A stretch of DNA of 64,000 nt from an uncultured Bacilli bacterium. GTDB lineage: Bacteria; Bacillota_I; Bacilli_A; RF39; UBA660. The DNA lies in NCBI GenBank assembly GCA_934129885.1, contig CAKOWU010000006.1, forward strand, positions 12,695-76,694, read 5' to 3'. Positions 60,305 through 64,000 of the stretch are shown here, piece after piece. How positions within the stretch are numbered: the stretch's first letter is position 1; each line of letters starts with the position of its first letter. The notes beneath the pieces were generated by a model that saw only the letters and a program-made list of their open reading frames with translations, had not been told where the DNA came from and ran no database searches. The translations under genes were made by a program, and so were the position numbers.

Positions 60305-61393
60305 ATGCGAGAGAGAATTATTCAAGTGATTGTTTTAGTTATTGCGGTTATCGTAGGCGTGCTTGGAACACTGTACTTTTTAGATAAGGATAATATTCAG
60401 ACAACGTCATCAAAAAATGTGACAATTTCAGAGAAAGACTCTATTAGTGAGGCTGTGGATAAGATTTATAATTCTGTAGTTGTTGTGGAAAATATTAGTA
60501 ATGGACAGGCTGCGGGTTCTGGTAGTGGCTTTGTCTACAAGAAAGATAGTAAATATGGTTATATTTTGACTAACTATCATGTTGTAAATGGTGCGACCAG
60601 TTTAAAGGTTGTTACTATGGACAATAATGAAGTAGACGCTACTTATTTAGGTGGTGACAGTTATACTGATGTTGCGGTGCTTAGGATTGCAGCTGATAAG
60701 GTACTTGATGTTGCTTCAATAGGTGATAGTTCTAAAAGTAGTATTGGTGATACCGTGTTTACTGTAGGTACTCCTGTCGGTACCACTTATATGGGTACGG
60801 TTACTAAAGGTATTTTATCTGGGGTTAACAGGGAAGTTACTTTATCTGATAGTGAAAATGGTTCTAGTTATATGATAGAGGTATTACAAACTGACGCTTC
60901 TATAAATCCTGGTAACAGTGGTGGACCTCTTGTTAATATTAATGGCGAAGTTATTGGTATTACTTCTAGTAAACTTGTCAATGATGAAATTGAAGGTATG
61001 GGGTTCGCTATTCCAATTGAACTTGCGACTTCAGAGGTAGATGAGTTAGAAAAGGGTCAGAGTATAGAAAGACCATATATTGGTGTATCTTTATATGATG
61101 TAAGTAATAGCAATTATTTCTCTAGATATAATTTTGATATTGACTCTAATATTACTTCTGGTGTAGTTATTGCTTCTGTTGAAGAAAATGGAGATGCTGC
61201 GAAGGCAGGGCTTAAAGCCGGCGATGTTGTTTTATCTGTTGATGGTACTAAAGTAGATGGTTCTGCGAAGTTTAAATATATACTTTATAAACATTCTATT
61301 GGAGATACTGTTAAGGTACATATTAATCGTGGTGGAAGCGAAAAAGATATTGAAATGAAACTTACACAAACACTTGGTAGTACAAAAAATTAG
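60305..61393 (+). CDS. htrA: HtrA/DegP-family serine protease with PDZ domain
   Basis: TM anchor. 'GSGSGFVY', 'ILTNYHVV', 'DVAVLRI', 'GNSGGPLVN'. PDZ 'AGLKAGDVVLSVDG'. Confidence 0.92.
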   Translation: MRERIIQVIVLVIAVIVGVLGTLYFLDKDNIQTTSSKNVTISEKDSISEAVDKIYNSVVVVENISNGQAAGSGSGFVYKKDSKYGYILTNYHVVNGATSLKVVTMDNNEVDATYLGGDSYTDVAVLRIAADKVLDVASIGDSSKSSIGDTVFTVGTPVGTTYMGTVTKGILSGVNREVTLSDSENGSSYMIEVLQTDASINPGNSGGPLVNINGEVIGITSSKLVNDEIEGMGFAIPIELATSEVDELEKGQSIERPYIGVSLYDVSNSNYFSRYNFDIDSNITSGVVIASVEENGDAAKAGLKAGDVVLSVDGTKVDGSAKFKYILYKHSIGDTVKVHINRGGSEKDIEMKLTQTLGSTKN

Positions 61394-61488
61394 GATAGAT
61401 TTTCTATTCTTTTTTGTTTTTTGTAACAATTATGAAAGTTTTGTGATGTTTTGGTGTGAATGTGTGATATAATGCTAGTATAGGAGGT

Positions 61489-62856
61489 ATGCTTATGAGC
61501 GTGAAAAAAATTTTGAGTACAGGTTTATTTTCATTAGGTATAATGATGATAGGTGTATGTGGAGCGAATGCTCAAGAATTATCTGGAGATATAACGGAAA
61601 GGACTACTTTAACTGAAGATACTAAATTAACTGGAAACGTTAAATTAGATAAAGTATTACAAGTTGAAAGTGGTAAATCTATTACTTTAGATTTAAATGG
61701 CTACAAGTTAGAGGCACCAAATTTTAGTAGTGATGAGTATTATGCTATTGAAAACAATGGTAATTTAACTATTGTAGATAATGGAAGCGAAAAGGGTGAG
61801 ATTTCTTGCACAAAGACTGGTTCATCATGTATTAGAAATACCGGAACTATTACTATGACTGGTGTTAAGGTTTCTAGCACTTGGCTTACTTTTAAAAATG
61901 AGGGTGGCGGAGTTGCGACTATAAACAGTTCTAATATTTCAAGTTCTGATACATCTTTAAACGGTGCTACTATATTTAACTATGGTACACTTACTATTAA
62001 TAATTCTGATATTGCTATGACTGGTAATAAGAAAAATGCTACTGTGTACGCTACAAATTCTGATGATAATGGTGTACATAAAACTAGTAAGACTGTTATA
62101 AATAATTCTACTTTATCTTCAAAGGGTAGAAAAACTATTTCTATTCCATATGGTGCTGGAAGTAACAATTCTGACGATGAGTTAATACTTAATTCTATAA
62201 CCATTATAGGTGGCTTTGATGTTGGCACTAATACTAAAACATCTATTTCTGGAGATATAAAGACTACTTATTTGGGAACTACAAAATTACTTACTAATGC
62301 GACTAAAGGAACTGTTGTTACTTTGATTAATGGAGATGTTGTGGCTCATAAATTAAGTAATAACGGAACTATTCCTGAAGGTGTAACTTTGAAAATATCA
62401 GATGGAATTGATTTAAAAATTAATAATCCATATACTTTAAATGTAGAGGGAAAATTACATTTTGATGGTTCTTCTAAATATACACTTGCAGGTTCAAATT
62501 CAAAAGTGGTAACTGCTGTATATAATAAGACACAAAATTCTTATTATGGAACTATTGATGCTGTTTTGGCAGATGCTAATGAGAATGATGAAATTGAGAT
62601 TATAGATACTAATATGGATTTATCTAATGTTAGTAATGGTTCTGTTACTTTGGTAAAGGATGATAATGGTGGTTATATTATTGCGAAGGTGAAGAAAGAA
62701 ACTTTACCAGAAAATAATGTTACTACTAAAGATAATGCTTCTGAAGTTAAAAACCCTGAAACTAGCGACAATATAGTTATATATATGATATTATCTATTG
62801 TAGTTTTAACTGGATCTGTTTATTTAGTAAAAAGATTAAGAAAAAATTACAATTAA
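61489..62856 (+). CDS. Cell-wall-anchored surface protein with an NPETS-type sorting signal
   Basis: Signal peptide and a repetitive T/N/G-rich body. C-terminus 'NPETSDN', then TM 'IVIYMILSIVVLTGSVYLV', then 'KRLRKNYN'. Confidence 0.75.
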   Translation: MLMSVKKILSTGLFSLGIMMIGVCGANAQELSGDITERTTLTEDTKLTGNVKLDKVLQVESGKSITLDLNGYKLEAPNFSSDEYYAIENNGNLTIVDNGSEKGEISCTKTGSSCIRNTGTITMTGVKVSSTWLTFKNEGGGVATINSSNISSSDTSLNGATIFNYGTLTINNSDIAMTGNKKNATVYATNSDDNGVHKTSKTVINNSTLSSKGRKTISIPYGAGSNNSDDELILNSITIIGGFDVGTNTKTSISGDIKTTYLGTTKLLTNATKGTVVTLINGDVVAHKLSNNGTIPEGVTLKISDGIDLKINNPYTLNVEGKLHFDGSSKYTLAGSNSKVVTAVYNKTQNSYYGTIDAVLADANENDEIEIIDTNMDLSNVSNGSVTLVKDDNGGYIIAKVKKETLPENNVTTKDNASEVKNPETSDNIVIYMILSIVVLTGSVYLVKRLRKNYN

Positions 62857-62880
62857 AAAATCTTCAAAGAAGATTTTTTT
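62855..62880 (+). terminator. Terminator after the surface-protein gene
   Basis: 'aaaaaatcttc aaa gaagatttttt'. Confidence 0.8.
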
Positions 62881-62908
62881 GTTATAATATAAGTGGATGT
62901 AATGGGCG

Positions 62909-63766
62909 GTGTGTATGGAGAAAAGAGTTAGTTATCAAAGGAAGAAACGATTAAAAAGGCGACTTTCAAATATTTTTTTAGGATTAATGCTTTGTCTTTG
63001 TCTTTGCATTTTTATATTTTGTATTTTAAAGGTTTTTGTGTGGGGCCAAGAAAATAATAAAGCTTCAAAGATTAAGGATAATGTGACTAAGAATGTGGTG
63101 GAGAGGGCCGCTATTAAAGACAAAACGATAAATGTTAATCCACCTACTGATAAGACTGATGATTATTTTGATTATATAAAGATGGATATGATGAGTGCGG
63201 ATTTTAAGGCACTTAAGAAGAAAAATATTGATACGGTTGGTTTTATAAAGGTAAATGGAACAAATATTAATTATCCAGTTGTTCAAACTACTGATAATGA
63301 TTTTTATTTAAATCATGCTTTTGATAGAAGTAAGAATTCTGCAGGTTGGGTTTTCGCAGATTATAGGAATAATATGATGGATTTCGATAAAAATACTATT
63401 ATATATGCTCACGGACGACTTAATAATACGATGTTTGGCAGCCTTAAAAATATTGTAAATAGTAGTTGGTACGATAATAAAAATAATTATATTGTGAAGT
63501 TTTCTACGCCTTATGAAAATACTCTGTGGCGAGTATTTAGTGTATATACGGTGCCTGCGGAGAGTTATTATATAACGACCAATTTTAAAACAGATAATGA
63601 TTATAAGAGTTTTCTTGACACGATTACCCGAAGGTCAAAGAAGGATTTTAATACTACTGTTGATATAAATGATAAGGTATTAACGTTATCTACTTGTAAG
63701 GATGTGGCTGGTAAGGAACGAGTTGTGATGCATGCTAAAATGATTAAAATTGAAAAAAGGGGCTAA
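62909..63766 (+). CDS. srtB: Class B sortase
   Basis: TM anchor. 'TNINYPVVQTTDNDFYLNH', 'IIYAHG', 'LTLSTC'. Confidence 0.88.
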   Translation: MCMEKRVSYQRKKRLKRRLSNIFLGLMLCLCLCIFIFCILKVFVWGQENNKASKIKDNVTKNVVERAAIKDKTINVNPPTDKTDDYFDYIKMDMMSADFKALKKKNIDTVGFIKVNGTNINYPVVQTTDNDFYLNHAFDRSKNSAGWVFADYRNNMMDFDKNTIIYAHGRLNNTMFGSLKNIVNSSWYDNKNNYIVKFSTPYENTLWRVFSVYTVPAESYYITTNFKTDNDYKSFLDTITRRSKKDFNTTVDINDKVLTLSTCKDVAGKERVVMHAKMIKIEKRG

Positions 63767-63893
63767 TGTGTTAATAAATTTTTTTTCTAGTTTATTAATA
63801 TGCTTTATTTTAGGGATAAACAGGTCATTTGGGTAATTTGACTTGTTTTCTTTTTAATGGTAAACTGGTTTATAGATTGTAGGAGAGATGTGA

Positions 63894-64000
63894 ATGAAAC
63901 CTAATACCATGGTAGGGGCGGTTATTGTTTTTGGTTTACTTGTGGCTATTGTTACGCCACATATGACGGAAATTGTTTTTAGAAACAGCAATTCTTATAA
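63894..64000 (+). CDS. Start of a small membrane or secreted protein (3' end outside window)
   Basis: ATG after 'aggagag'. 'MKPNTMVGAVIVFGLLVAIVTPH...'. Too short to classify. Confidence 0.3.
   Translation, partial: MKPNTMVGAVIVFGLLVAIVTPHMTEIVFRNSNSY

Overview
This is an AT-rich chromosomal window from a Firmicutes-type spore-former (cotJB/cotJC and cwlD are present) that uses the standard genetic code. TGG encodes Trp throughout, and TGA ends several intact genes.

The core backbone includes typA, a SWIM-SNF2 helicase, tRNA-His, addB-addA, a CIRCE-controlled hsp20 and pyrG. It also includes the Bacillus-like block ecfA-ecfA'-truA ... rplM-rpsI ... cwlD, followed by htrA and a sortase B with its substrate.

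Several accessory segments interrupt this backbone.

1. An island of about 8.6 kb (about 4.1-12.7 kb) lies between typA and cotJC. It is bracketed by imperfect direct repeats of about 140 bp, and each repeat contains the terminator hairpin. The island has no recombinase. It carries two orphan genes and a translationally coupled operon. The operon encodes an RpoD-like sigma paralog, a large SF2 helicase and a 662-aa protein that combines a RelE/HigB-like core with a helicase-associated (HA) domain. This is my best candidate for an undescribed system.

2. A Tn4451-like mobilisable element lies next to tRNA-His. It has a large serine recombinase, TnpV and a relaxase broken by a TGA at a probable Trp codon. 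Its cargo is a DUF4116-like repeat protein, an AlbA_2/Schlafen-like regulator and orphan genes.

3. Two short accessory segments (45.7-46.5 kb and 49.4-51.2 kb) are each bracketed by near-identical copies of a terminator hairpin.

Gene decay is frequent. I see at least six pseudogenes or remnants, and three of the nonsense codons sit at Trp positions.

There are two local paralog families of secreted or surface proteins. One shares a TasA/camelysin-like (SipW-type) N-terminal module and 'CGTATAAC/GTTATACG' dyads at the 5' end.

All homology calls come from motif recognition by eye. No database search was run.
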